A stretch of 64,000 nt of DNA from an uncultured Acidimicrobiales bacterium (GCA_963699085.1 CAVOTH010000002.1:55106-119105); one strand, 5' to 3'; positions 6,812 through 16,659 are shown, numbered from the stretch's first letter. Numbers and translations: made by a program. Notes: generated from the letters alone by a model not told the origin.

Positions 6812-9676
6812 GTGATGGAGCCGACGGCAGCACAGGCCATGGACCACGTCGTTCTGGTCATCTTCGAGAACCGCTCCTTCGACAACCTCCTGGGCCAGCT
6901 CTACTCCCCCGAGGAGAAGCCGGGATTCGAGGGCGTACTCGGCCGGGATCTCACCAATCCGGTTCCATCCTGGGCCAAGCCGGTACCGCCCGGTGACGGG
7001 CGGGTGCCGGGAGTGGTGAGCTACGGCCCGGCACCGGATGGGAACACCCCGGACCCGGACCCGGGAGAGGAGTACCAGCACACCAACACGCAGCTGTACG
7101 GGATCCTCCATCCGGCCAATATCGGGGTGGCGGCGCACGACATGGAGACGACCAACGCGCCCGAACCGGGCGCCGGACCGCCGAGCATGAACGGGTTCGT
7201 CGCCGACTACATCAGCAGTTATCGGACGTTGCGGGGCGAGGATCCCGAGTACGAGCAGTACCGCCAGATCATGCTGGGACACACCCCGGGGCAGGTCCCG
7301 GTGCTGAGCGGGATTGCCCGGGGCTTCGCCGTGTTCGACCACTGGTTCAGCGAGGTGCCCTCGCAGACGTTCCCGAACCGGTCGTTCTGGACCTCGGCGT
7401 CGTCTTGCGGGCTGGTCGTCAACACACCGGCCACCGAGTGGTACTTCCACAACACGTCCGAGACCATCTTCGACCGGCTCGAGGAGCACGGGCGGTCTTG
7501 GAAGGTCTACGTGCTGGAGCCGAGCCCGCTGTCCATCACCGGGGCCATCCACACTCCCCGGCTCAAGAAGTGGTTCCACCAGCGCTTCGTCCCCTTCGCC
7601 GAGTTCGAACGGGACGCGGCAGCCGGAAGGCTCCCCGACTTCGCCCTGATCGAGCCCAATCTGCTGTGCGGACATGCCGACTACCACCCGCCGTTCGGGG
7701 ACACCTTCGTGACGGACGTCGACGTGGGTGTCGACATCGGCTCCGCGGTCGACGCCGGTGAACAGTTCCTGGCCCGTATCTACACGGCGGTTCGCAACGC
7801 CCCTCGCCAGGGCACGTCCAACGTGTGGAACACCGCGCTCCTCATCGGGTGGGACGAGCCCGGCGGCACCTACGACCATGTGCCCCCCCGCGAGGTCCCA
7901 CCCCCCGACGACAGCCCGGGCCAGTTGGGGTTCGACTTCGGCCGGTCGGGCTACCGGGTGCCGGCGATCCTGGTGTCGCCGTGGGTACCCGAGGAGGCGG
8001 TCGTATCCGAGGAGTACCGGCACACCTCGTTGATCGCCACGCTCCGTACGGTCTGGAGCCTCGGCGCCCCCCTCACCGCCCGTGACGCGTCGGCCCGCAC
8101 TTTCCGGAGTGTGTTCTCCCTCGGATCTCCCCGGGATCCGAGCACGTGGCCGGATGTCACCGCCTTGTCGGCCATGGCCTCACCCCGCCCCTTCGATCCC
8201 GACTCCTCGGTCAGCGGGCTCGCCCGCGTCCTCGTCCACGGCTTGGCCCACCTGGGACGGGCCCACGGTTACCGCCAGGGTTCCCGGCCCGAGACCTACG
8301 ACCCCCACGCCGATGAGCAGGAGGTCCAACTGTCCCCGTCGATGGTCGTCAGTGCCGCCCGGGCGTTCGGGGGACATTTCTTCCCCCGGTTGGTGGAGCC
8401 GGATCGAGCGGCGTCGGCAGTCCCTGCGCCGGCAGCCGAACCCGGCGTCGAGGCCACCCCGGTGGTCCAACCGATCGCCTTGGGCCTGGCCATTGAGTAC
8501 TCCTATCCGACCTTCGATTCGGTGGAGGTGTCGCTGCTCTTCCGCGGACGTCGGCGGTGGAGCCACCTGTTCACCCGGGAGAGCACCGACAGGCGCTATG
8601 TCCTCGACCTCGGTCTGGTCCGCCTCGACCTCACCTTCACCGGTGACCTGTTCGACGGGACCATCACCTGGACGGTCTCCGTGGACACCCGGTCCTGGAT
8701 CGACCGACCGTGGGTGGCACGCCGTGATCTGGCGCAGCGTTCCGTCATCCGGTTCGACCCGTCCATCGGGGAGATCGACGGGCGCACCGATGTCTACCCG
8801 CCCGTCGTATTCGACCCGGTATACGGAAGCAGCCAGAACTGCAGCGGGACCGTCCTGCGCATCCACGTGGACGACGACCCCCGTGGCCTGTGCGAGGTCG
8901 GGTCCAAGGTCAAACAGCAGATGTTCCCGCAATACCCACCGTTCGTCTTCAACGTCGTGGCCGCGGTGGGGGCGTTCGAGGAGGACGGCCGCCAGGCCTA
9001 CACGAACCCGGAGTCCCCGTGGTTCAACGTGTTTCTCGGCTACTACCAGCTCGATTGTCTGAAAGACCGGTGGGACCGACCGTTCGGGTTCTACTCGGCG
9101 GACGGCATCGAGTCCGAGCCGTACGCGGAGGACCTGGTGCGCCTGGGCAAGTCGGACTGGAATTATTTCTCCAACTGGGACTACGGAGTGCCCGAGAAGT
9201 ACCTGCTCCCGTACCGTTCTCCCAATTCTCGGCCGGAGGACACCGTCGACGGCGGAATCGTGGACGTGGCCGGACGCGGGTGGCGGCGGGTCGAGCTGCG
9301 CAACGTGGAGGTGGCCAGCTGCTACGAGTCCGATGCCCCGTCAGCGGCGCGACTGATCTCGAACACGCCGATCACCGGGATCATCCGCAGGAGCTTCGGC
9401 TACCCGTCACCGCTCCCGGACCACCTGGTCAGCTTCGTTCCCCAGAAGCTGGACGCCATCCTGCACATGGCCTACTTCGAGGACGAGGAGAGCTACCACA
9501 CCCTGATCTTCGGGGGCACGGCCCATTCCGGTGAGGACCGCGACCTGCTCGACGCCGAGGTGGCGGCCGCGCTCACCGTCATCGCCGAACGGTACGCCCA
9601 CCGTGGCTTCGCCCCCCGGGCCTCTGTGACAGTGCCCGCCCGGTCACGTGGCAGCCGGACGGCGCCCACGACCTGA
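6812..9676 (+). CDS. phospholipase C/phosphoesterase-family domain fused to a ~470-aa uncharacterised C-terminal domain
   Basis: The N-terminal ~480 aa carry VLVIFENRSFDNLLG, GGTYDHVPP and GYRVPAILVSPW (phosphoesterase family). No signal or TAT motif is visible. I cannot assign the C-terminal half (from about nt 8250). The start may be GTG 6812, ATG 6815 or ATG 6839. Confidence 0.85.
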   Translation: MMEPTAAQAMDHVVLVIFENRSFDNLLGQLYSPEEKPGFEGVLGRDLTNPVPSWAKPVPPGDGRVPGVVSYGPAPDGNTPDPDPGEEYQHTNTQLYGILHPANIGVAAHDMETTNAPEPGAGPPSMNGFVADYISSYRTLRGEDPEYEQYRQIMLGHTPGQVPVLSGIARGFAVFDHWFSEVPSQTFPNRSFWTSASSCGLVVNTPATEWYFHNTSETIFDRLEEHGRSWKVYVLEPSPLSITGAIHTPRLKKWFHQRFVPFAEFERDAAAGRLPDFALIEPNLLCGHADYHPPFGDTFVTDVDVGVDIGSAVDAGEQFLARIYTAVRNAPRQGTSNVWNTALLIGWDEPGGTYDHVPPREVPPPDDSPGQLGFDFGRSGYRVPAILVSPWVPEEAVVSEEYRHTSLIATLRTVWSLGAPLTARDASARTFRSVFSLGSPRDPSTWPDVTALSAMASPRPFDPDSSVSGLARVLVHGLAHLGRAHGYRQGSRPETYDPHADEQEVQLSPSMVVSAARAFGGHFFPRLVEPDRAASAVPAPAAEPGVEATPVVQPIALGLAIEYSYPTFDSVEVSLLFRGRRRWSHLFTRESTDRRYVLDLGLVRLDLTFTGDLFDGTITWTVSVDTRSWIDRPWVARRDLAQRSVIRFDPSIGEIDGRTDVYPPVVFDPVYGSSQNCSGTVLRIHVDDDPRGLCEVGSKVKQQMFPQYPPFVFNVVAAVGAFEEDGRQAYTNPESPWFNVFLGYYQLDCLKDRWDRPFGFYSADGIESEPYAEDLVRLGKSDWNYFSNWDYGVPEKYLLPYRSPNSRPEDTVDGGIVDVAGRGWRRVELRNVEVASCYESDAPSAARLISNTPITGIIRRSFGYPSPLPDHLVSFVPQKLDAILHMAYFEDEESYHTLIFGGTAHSGEDRDLLDAEVAAALTVIAERYAHRGFAPRASVTVPARSRGSRTAPTT

Positions 9677-9679
9677 TCG

Positions 9680-12600
9680 TCAGTCGGTAGGCAAGCCGCC
9701 CAGGGTTTCGAGCTGGGACCGGACGGTTACGAGCACCGGGGTGTCACGGCCCTCGGTGCACTTTGCGTACCAGTCGGCCAGTAGCGCGCGGCCTTCATCG
9801 ACCCGGCCGGTGCGCTGGAGAAGTCCGGCATAGCCGGCCGCCGCCCGGGCCCCGTGTACCGGGTAGCGGAACTGTTCGGCCAACTCGAGTGAGCGCCTCC
9901 AGGCCGCCTCGGCGCGCGCCCACGGGTGGTCCTGATCGAGGAGATCGCCGGCGTCACCCGAGGTCACCTCCTCGAACAGCAACTCGGCCTGCAGCCGGAG
10001 CAAGGCCGGGTCCCACCACGGCTGACCGGTCTCCTCCGAGACGGCCAGAGCCATGTCGATGAGGCCTTGGGCCATCGACCGGTCTCCGGCGGCCCGGGCC
10101 GCCTCGGCGACCCGGGCGAGCACGTTGGTGCTCCCTCCCCGGTTACCGGTCTCGGCGGCCACCGAGCCGGCGGCCACCACGTCGGCGAGTGCGGCGTGAT
10201 CGCCTTCGGCGATGACCCGTTCCGCCGCCTCCCACACCCCGCTCAGTCCGGCCCACAGGGCGAACTCCTGCTCCTCGGCCAGGTAGCGGGCTCGCGCCGC
10301 GTAGTGCAGCGTCTCGGCCGACTCCCCCCGCTCCTCGTGACCGGTGGCCAGGAAGGCCATTGCGTAGACCCGGTTGAAGGGTTGGCCGATGGAGTCGGCC
10401 AGGTCGACCGCTTCCTGGAGATGGCTGAGCCCCCGGTCGAGGTGGCCGAGGAGCAGATGCTGCCAGCCGGCGAACACGTGGGCCGCCACCCCCTGGTCGG
10501 TCCCGAAGCGCTTGCCCAGCACCATATGGCGGCCCGGGTGGTAGACGGCCAGGGCCCGGGTGGCCTGTTCGAGCGACTCGGTCGGTCGACCCTGCCAGCT
10601 GCGGGCCAGACTGAGCTGGACCCGGCCCAACACCTCCAGGAGGTCGTCCTGCATCGTCGCGGCGATGCCGAGCACCCGCTCGGCGAGCTCCGCGCCCAGG
10701 GTGATCTCCCCACGGTTGATGTAGAAGACGGCCAGGCCGGCCAGTGTCTGGCCCACCCGCTGGTCGTTGCCGAGCAGTTCGCACAGCTCGCGGGCGCGGT
10801 CGTAGGCGGCGGCGAGGTCGGGATCGGAGTAGCTGCGGGTGGCGATCGACGAACCGAGGGCCAGCTGCATCTCCACCTCGAGCTCACGGGCCTCGGTGAT
10901 GTCGGTGAGCTCCCGGGCCAGGGCGATCCCCTGTCGGAGGAAGGCGATCGACTCCCGGTGACCGGAGCGCTCGGCTGCCTTGCGGGCGGCCAGCTGGTAG
11001 TGGGTGGCCGCTTCGCGGGGCAACCCGGCCGCTTCGAAGTGGCGGGCCACGACCTCGAACGCCGTCGATGCGCCTTCGGCGATCTGCCCGTCCATCACCC
11101 GGGCCACCCGCTCATGGATGGTTCGCCGGTTCTTCCGCAGCAGAGATTCGTAGGTGACCTCCTGGACCAGTGCGTGCTTGAACTGGAATTCGCCGGCGCG
11201 GTGGGCGGAGTCGTCGAGGATGAGGCCACTGGCCACCACCCGGGCCAGGAACGGAGTGAGGAGCTCGGGATCCATACCCGAAACCGTCACCAGCAGGTCG
11301 AGCGAGAATTCGCGTCCCAGTACGGCGGCGAGCTGCGCCACCGCCTTGGCCGGGCCCAACCCGTCCAGTCTGGCCAGCACCGACGCCTGGAGGGTTTCGG
11401 GGATCTCCAGGTCCATGAGCGGTGACACCAGGTCCCACGAGTCGGTACCGCTCACCAGGAGCCCCGACTCCAGCACCGAACGCCCGACTTCCTCGACATA
11501 GAGCGGGATCCCGGCGGACGAGACCACGATGCTGTCGACGACCTGTTCGGGCATCCGGCGCCCGTCGCCCAGGGTCTCGATCAGTGCCCGCACGTCGGCG
11601 TCGTCCAGCGGCTCGAGCGCCAGGTCGGTGACGGAGCCGCGGTCGTTCCACTTCGCCACGAACTCCGGTCGGGCGGTCAGCAGTACCAGGACCGGCGACC
11701 GGGCGATCCGCTGGACCAGTCGGTCGATGACATCGAGCGTGGTGGGGTCGCACCAGTGGAGGTCCTCGATGCACAGGACGACCGGTCGCCGCCGGCTGAA
11801 CCCCACCACCCAGGCCACCATGAGCTCGGTGGTGCGCTCGAGGCGCAGCTCGCGGCTGATCGGCAACGCCGGCAGACCCGGAACGCCCAACAGTGTGGCG
11901 ACGAGTTCGTCGTTGTCGTCCACATTCTCACCGGCTTCATCGAGCACCGCCTGGATCCGTTCCAGGCGCCATGCCGGATCGGTGTCGGTGTGGAACTCCA
12001 GGGCGTCCTCCATCATCTCGATCACGGGGCGGAGGACGCTCATCCGGGTATAGGCGGAGCACGAGCTCTCCATCCAGAGCGGGTCGTCGGCCTCCGCCAG
12101 GTCGCGGAACTGGAGTGCCAGGCGGGACTTGCCCACACCGGGATCCCCGGAGATGAGGACGGTACCGCCGTGGCCGGCCCGGGCCTGGTTCCACAGGCGG
12201 GTGAGCACGTGGAGCTCGTCGTCGCGGCCGATCAGCGGTCCGCTGCGGTGGAGTGACCATCCGGTCCTCGCCCGGAACCCGGTCGATCCGTCGACCCGGA
12301 ATCCTTCGACCGGCTCGGTGACGCCGCGCAGCCGAAGCTGCCCGAGCGGAGTGACGTTGAACACGTCCTCGACCGAGGCGAGGGCGGCGGCGCTGGCCAC
12401 GACCGTGCCCGGCTCGGCCAGCGCCTGCAGCCGGGCCGCCACGTTGACGGTCTCGCCGACGGCCATGGTGGCCGGCCGGTCGGCTCCACCCAGCACGCCG
12501 ACGACCACCGGCCCGCTGTGCACACCGACCCGGATGACCAGACGTCGGCTCTCTTCGAGGCGACCGACGGCGCCGACGATATTGAGCGCGGCGGTCAGGG

Positions 12601-12961
12601 CCAGGGCGGCGTCGTCCTCGTGGGCCTGGGGCCATCCGAACCGGAACAGGATGCCGTCGCCGCTGTAGCCCTCGACGTCCCCGCCCAGTTCACGGACGAT
12701 GGTCACCGCCTGCTGCTGGTAGGCCTGGATCAGGTCGCTGTACTCCTCGGCATCGGTGGTCGACGAGAGCTCGGTCGAGCCGACCAGGTCGCAGAAGACA
12801 ACGGTGATGTGGCGGAGTTCGGTGCTGAGGGCCTGGCCGATCGACTCTTCGAGGGCCCCCGACATCTCGATGCCGGTGACCGGCTGCCCGCAGGCGGGGC
12901 AGAACCGGGCGCCGTCGGGCAGGAACCCGGTGCAGGACGAGCAGTGACCGGTCATCGCCAT
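9680..12961 (-). CDS. Zn-ribbon / class III adenylate-guanylate cyclase / AAA (STAND-like) ATPase / TPR-like multidomain protein
   Basis: Zn-ribbon CSSCTGFLPDGARFCPACG. Cyclase core ITVVFCDLVGST...GDGILFRFG...IRVGVHSGPVVVG. Walker A GDPGVGKS. Long helical-repeat C-terminus. The start is ATG 12961 or 12955; the upstream 650 nt of the listed 1311-aa ORF are R/P/G-rich and overlap the next gene. Confidence 0.9.
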   Translation of the reverse strand: MAMTGHCSSCTGFLPDGARFCPACGQPVTGIEMSGALEESIGQALSTELRHITVVFCDLVGSTELSSTTDAEEYSDLIQAYQQQAVTIVRELGGDVEGYSGDGILFRFGWPQAHEDDAALALTAALNIVGAVGRLEESRRLVIRVGVHSGPVVVGVLGGADRPATMAVGETVNVAARLQALAEPGTVVASAAALASVEDVFNVTPLGQLRLRGVTEPVEGFRVDGSTGFRARTGWSLHRSGPLIGRDDELHVLTRLWNQARAGHGGTVLISGDPGVGKSRLALQFRDLAEADDPLWMESSCSAYTRMSVLRPVIEMMEDALEFHTDTDPAWRLERIQAVLDEAGENVDDNDELVATLLGVPGLPALPISRELRLERTTELMVAWVVGFSRRRPVVLCIEDLHWCDPTTLDVIDRLVQRIARSPVLVLLTARPEFVAKWNDRGSVTDLALEPLDDADVRALIETLGDGRRMPEQVVDSIVVSSAGIPLYVEEVGRSVLESGLLVSGTDSWDLVSPLMDLEIPETLQASVLARLDGLGPAKAVAQLAAVLGREFSLDLLVTVSGMDPELLTPFLARVVASGLILDDSAHRAGEFQFKHALVQEVTYESLLRKNRRTIHERVARVMDGQIAEGASTAFEVVARHFEAAGLPREAATHYQLAARKAAERSGHRESIAFLRQGIALARELTDITEARELEVEMQLALGSSIATRSYSDPDLAAAYDRARELCELLGNDQRVGQTLAGLAVFYINRGEITLGAELAERVLGIAATMQDDLLEVLGRVQLSLARSWQGRPTESLEQATRALAVYHPGRHMVLGKRFGTDQGVAAHVFAGWQHLLLGHLDRGLSHLQEAVDLADSIGQPFNRVYAMAFLATGHEERGESAETLHYAARARYLAEEQEFALWAGLSGVWEAAERVIAEGDHAALADVVAAGSVAAETGNRGGSTNVLARVAEAARAAGDRSMAQGLIDMALAVSEETGQPWWDPALLRLQAELLFEEVTSGDAGDLLDQDHPWARAEAAWRRSLELAEQFRYPVHGARAAAGYAGLLQRTGRVDEGRALLADWYAKCTEGRDTPVLVTVRSQLETLGGLPTD

Positions 12962-13842
12962 GGGACGGCGTCCCCAATCCGGGAGAGCGTCCGGGAAAGC
13001 GGCCGGGGGCGCCGCCCCAGACAGCCATCCATCGACCGGTGGACGAAGTGGGGAAGGGGATGGCTCCCGTCGCCGAGGAGCTGGTCGGCCACCGCCTCGA
13101 CGCCGTCGAGCACCGCGTCCATGTCGTCTCCGGCCAGTCCGGCGAAGACCCGACCGGTCGGGCCCCTGCCGCAGGGGGCGGTACCGACGGGCGTATAGGT
13201 GTGCACGGTGATCCAGCGGGCCAGTCCCACCTGGGCCGGTGTCAGCCGGAGCCGGTGGGTGGATGCGGCGAGCCGGTAGTAGCCGAGGTGGGCCGCCTCC
13301 TGACGGCGGATCGGTTCGGTGACGGTACGCACCAGTGCATCCTCGCCGAACGAGGCGAAGTGGGCTCCGAGGTGGCGATAGCAGTCGTAGGTCATGTGCT
13401 CGTGCATCGCCCCACGCGACAGGTAGATCAGTTTGAGGACGTCCTGGAACCAACCGCTGGCGGACAGGGCGCCGAAGATCCGGAAGGAGAACCTCGGTCG
13501 GGCCGGGTCCGGGGCCACGGACGAGGCCGGAACCCCGTCGCTGGACGGAGCCAGCCCGAGCTGGGCGCGGAGCGCGTCGAACACCCTGGCGTGGGCCAAC
13601 TCCTGTGTCGACCACGCCGACAGGAACCGGAGATCCTGGTCGTCGAGGTCGGGGAGCAGTGTGGTGATCTCGGCGACATTCTGGGGGACGGCGCCTTCGA
13701 CGGTGGCGATGTAGGCGAAGATCTCATCGAAGCGCTCGACCAGTGGCTCCGGATCACGCACGGTCAGGTCGACGGCGTCGAGCGCCAGTGGGGGATCCTC
13801 TTCGATACGCACGACCCTGGCCGCCAACGTCAGCTGCTGCAC
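12952..13842 (-). CDS. ferritin-like diiron protein (acyl-ACP desaturase-like helices)
   Basis: 296-aa ORF with a GTG start preceded by GGAGCGGAGG. It has two E..H motifs (WSTQELAHARVF, IRRQEAAHLGYY) plus HEHMTYDCY, resembling a diiron four-helix bundle. Its stop overlaps the cyclase start. Confidence 0.7.
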   Translation of the reverse strand: MQQLTLAARVVRIEEDPPLALDAVDLTVRDPEPLVERFDEIFAYIATVEGAVPQNVAEITTLLPDLDDQDLRFLSAWSTQELAHARVFDALRAQLGLAPSSDGVPASSVAPDPARPRFSFRIFGALSASGWFQDVLKLIYLSRGAMHEHMTYDCYRHLGAHFASFGEDALVRTVTEPIRRQEAAHLGYYRLAASTHRLRLTPAQVGLARWITVHTYTPVGTAPCGRGPTGRVFAGLAGDDMDAVLDGVEAVADQLLGDGSHPLPHFVHRSMDGCLGRRPRPLSRTLSRIGDAVPWR

Positions 13843-13920
13843 CCTCGCGCCTCCGCTCCGACAGGTTTTGGCTCCGCATCGTAGCTTCAGCGACTTCTGG
13901 TCGCATGAGTGGACCCGTGG

Positions 13921-15423
13921 TCAGGCGTGCACGGGTATCGGTGCCTCCGTGGTGCCGGTCGGTCCGGCCAGCTGCCTCAGGTTCCCCTTGGCGAACACCA
14001 GGCCGGCAGCGATGGCACCCACCACGAAGAAGCCGGACGACCACAGGAAGGCCGTCGTGTAGCTGTGCAGAGCCGCCGCCCGCAGGTTCATCGGTGTGGG
14101 CATCCGACCGACCAGGTAGGCGGTGGCCGCACCAGCGGCCAACGTGTTCAACAGAGCGGTCCCGATCGACCCACCGACCTGTTGGCTGGTGTTCAGTGTG
14201 GCCGACCCCACGCCGGCGTCGGATGGCAGGAGGCCCAGGGTCCCGGTGCTGAACGACGGGGCGAGGCTGAGTCCGAAGCCCAGCCCGAGCAGGACCAGAA
14301 AGGGGAACACGTGGGCGGTATACGAACTGTGGAGGCTGACCCGGTGGAGGGCGAACATGGCTACGGCGTCGATGCCGAGGCCGATCGGAACGATGATCTT
14401 GGGCCCCACTTTGGGCAGGAGGACCCGGTTGGACACCTGGGCCGTGGCGGCCAGGGCGATGACCATCGGCAAGAAGGCGAACCCCGTCTTCACCGGGCTG
14501 AACCCGAGGGTGCCCTGCAGGTAGTAGGTGAGGAAGAGGAAGACGCCGAAGATCCCGATGCTGGCGAAGAGCATGGCCAGCAGTGAGCCGCCGCGGGTCC
14601 GGTTGCGCACCACCCGGGGTGGCAGCAGCGGGTGTCGGACCCGGGTCTCGAGTACGGCGAAGACGCACAGAATTGCCACCCCGACCATCAGGAAGGCGAT
14701 CGTGTACGGGTCGGACCACGAAGTTGTCTCGGCGTGGGAGAGACCGAAGACGATGCTGAACAGTCCCGCGGTGACGAGGATCACCCCGGGGATGTCGAGC
14801 GGGTCGGTGTCGGCCGCCCGGTCGTTCTTGAGCCACATCAACGCGCCGGTGGCGGCGATGGCGGCGAAGGCCAGGTTGACGAAGAGGGTCCATCGCCACG
14901 AGGCGTACGAGGTGAGTATGCCGCCGAGCAACAGGCCCAACGCGCCGCCGGCCCCGGCGATGGCCCCGTAGATGGCGAACGCCTTGTTGCGTTCGGACGG
15001 GTCGGCGAAGGTGGTGGCCAACAGAGCCAGTACCGATGGTGCCAACAGTGCGCCGAACGCTCCTTGGATCGAGCGGGCCACGACCAGCATCGGGAACCCG
15101 GTCGAGGCGCCACCCAGGGCGGAGGCAAAGGCGAATCCGACCAGGCCGATCAGCAGCGCCCTCTTGCGGCCGACGATGTCTCCGATACGACCACCGAGGA
15201 GAAGGAGGCTGCCGAAGGCCAGGGAGTAGGCCGTGACCACCCACTGCCGGTCGGCGTTGGAGAAGTGCAGTGAACGCTGGGCCGTCGGGAGGGCGATGTT
15301 GACGATGGTGTTGTCCAGGATGACCATCAGCTGGGCGATGCCCAGCACCGCCAGGATCCACCACCGCCGTACGTGGTTCTTGTCCCTGTCGGACAGTTCC
15401 TCCTGCATCGGCGCCTGGGTCAT
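13921..15423 (-). CDS. MFS transporter, DHA2 (EmrB/QacA) family, 14-TMS type
   Basis: ILDNTIVNIALPTAQRSLHFS and GGRIGDIVGRKR motifs with many TM segments. I chose ATG 15423 (MTQAPMQEE) with GGAG upstream, not the listed 15612. Confidence 0.9.
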   Translation of the reverse strand: MTQAPMQEELSDRDKNHVRRWWILAVLGIAQLMVILDNTIVNIALPTAQRSLHFSNADRQWVVTAYSLAFGSLLLLGGRIGDIVGRKRALLIGLVGFAFASALGGASTGFPMLVVARSIQGAFGALLAPSVLALLATTFADPSERNKAFAIYGAIAGAGGALGLLLGGILTSYASWRWTLFVNLAFAAIAATGALMWLKNDRAADTDPLDIPGVILVTAGLFSIVFGLSHAETTSWSDPYTIAFLMVGVAILCVFAVLETRVRHPLLPPRVVRNRTRGGSLLAMLFASIGIFGVFLFLTYYLQGTLGFSPVKTGFAFLPMVIALAATAQVSNRVLLPKVGPKIIVPIGLGIDAVAMFALHRVSLHSSYTAHVFPFLVLLGLGFGLSLAPSFSTGTLGLLPSDAGVGSATLNTSQQVGGSIGTALLNTLAAGAATAYLVGRMPTPMNLRAAALHSYTTAFLWSSGFFVVGAIAAGLVFAKGNLRQLAGPTGTTEAPIPVHA

Positions 15424-15527
15424 CGGGGTCTCCGTCGAACTCGGAAGGTGCGCACGGCGTCCCCCATCCGACCGCTCCTGGTCCAACCCCGCGTCGTCGG
15501 GGCTATTCCCGGATTGCCTTTCGGCGT

Positions 15528-16577
15528 TCAGTCGGATGATGCGGCAGTGGCGGCCAGCCGGCCGGCGCCCACGGCCCGGAGGTGCCGGAGCACATCCCGG
15601 TAGGCGTGCCACGGAGTCTGCTCGGTGTAGACGACCCCGTATTCGGCGCAGAACGGACGGACCACGGCTCGGGCCCGCCGGAGGTTGGCCCGGGGCATGG
15701 TCGGAAAGAGGTGGTGCTCTATCTGGCTGTCCAGCCCCCCGAACAGGTAGCCGGTGAAGCGCGGTCCCGACAGGTTGCGCGAGGTCAGCACCTGGCGCCG
15801 GAGGAAGCCGAGCTCCTCACCGGCTATGGGGGAGGGCATGCCCACATGGTTGATCAGGAAGCTGGCACCCAGGTAGAAGCCGAACAGGGCCTGGGTGAGA
15901 ACTACGAACAGCGCGGCACGCAGGGGCGGCAGGACCAGGAACGGTGCCACGAAGAACAGGCCGGCGTGAGCCACGAGCAACCCGGCTTCGATCAGCGCCG
16001 GCCGGTCGCGCCGGCGGAGGAGGGCGATGATGCTGGCGATGTGCAGGTTGACCGCCTCGAGGAAGAGGAGGGGCACCACCGTGACCTGCTGGGTGCGGGC
16101 CATGCGCCGGCCGAATCGCCCCCGCACATCGACCTGACGCGGTGTGTAGACGAGGGCACCGGCCACGATGTCCGGGTCCTTGCCGTCGTCGTTGGTCTGG
16201 GCGTGGTGCCGGGTGTGCTTGGTGAGCCACCAGCCGAAACTGAATCCGCTCAGCAGGTTGGCCAGCAGCAGGCCAAGGGCGTCGTTCCCGCGGCGACGGG
16301 CCCATACCTGGCGATGGCCGGCGTCGTGACCGATGAAGCTGATCTGAGCCATGACGAACGCCATGGCCACCGCGACCACGAGACTCCACCAGCTGTTGCG
16401 GAGGACCACGACCACCGCGGCCAGCAGGACGAGGGCCCCGATCGTGACCGGGATGCTCACCGCGTAGTAGCCACCCCGTCGCCGGAAGAGTCCATCGGCG
16501 CGCACTCTGCGGGACAACTCGGCGAAATCGGCGCGGGATGAGGTCGCCATCAGGGGTACGGCAGGTGGGGTCTGCAT
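15528..16577 (-). CDS. membrane fatty-acid desaturase
   Basis: Three histidine boxes (HDAGHRQ, HTRHHAQTN, QIEHHLFP) and four or more TM helices. Confidence 0.9.
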   Translation of the reverse strand: MQTPPAVPLMATSSRADFAELSRRVRADGLFRRRGGYYAVSIPVTIGALVLLAAVVVVLRNSWWSLVVAVAMAFVMAQISFIGHDAGHRQVWARRRGNDALGLLLANLLSGFSFGWWLTKHTRHHAQTNDDGKDPDIVAGALVYTPRQVDVRGRFGRRMARTQQVTVVPLLFLEAVNLHIASIIALLRRRDRPALIEAGLLVAHAGLFFVAPFLVLPPLRAALFVVLTQALFGFYLGASFLINHVGMPSPIAGEELGFLRRQVLTSRNLSGPRFTGYLFGGLDSQIEHHLFPTMPRANLRRARAVVRPFCAEYGVVYTEQTPWHAYRDVLRHLRAVGAGRLAATAASSD

Positions 16578-16659
16578 GCGTCTTTCGGTGGGATGCGGAA
16601 TGGTGGCCGGCCTACGGTCGGGTCGGTTGGAGGAGAGAGCTCGGATCGATCATGACGAT

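Noticed and set aside
6731-8023. Long antisense ORFs opposite well-supported genes: 6731..8023, 17930..18997, 20776..21768, 25244..26335, 27946..29184, 47823..49028, 57217..58788, 60946..62412, 61581..63617.
   Set aside because: These are shadow ORFs, typical of high-GC DNA. Their products are Arg/Gly/Pro/His-rich. Their third positions coincide with the first or second positions of the homolog-supported gene on the other strand. None shows a recognisable motif.
3819-12961. A CBASS/Pycsar-like anti-phage system (cyclase plus patatin effector).
   Set aside because: The cyclase is a class III cyclase embedded in a STAND/TPR protein, not a CD-NTase or a minimal PycC. The patatin has no cNMP- or cyclic-oligonucleotide-sensing domain. 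The genes are on different strands, separated by a 2.9-kb gene. No other defence or mobile genes are nearby. I kept it only as a signalling-neighbourhood observation.
12962-13615. The 218-aa N-terminal extension of the listed 1311-aa ORF (cyclase gene).
   Set aside because: The extension is R/P/G-rich and overlaps the well-biased ferritin-like gene in another frame. The Zn-ribbon starts right after ATG 12961/12955, which overlaps the upstream stop.
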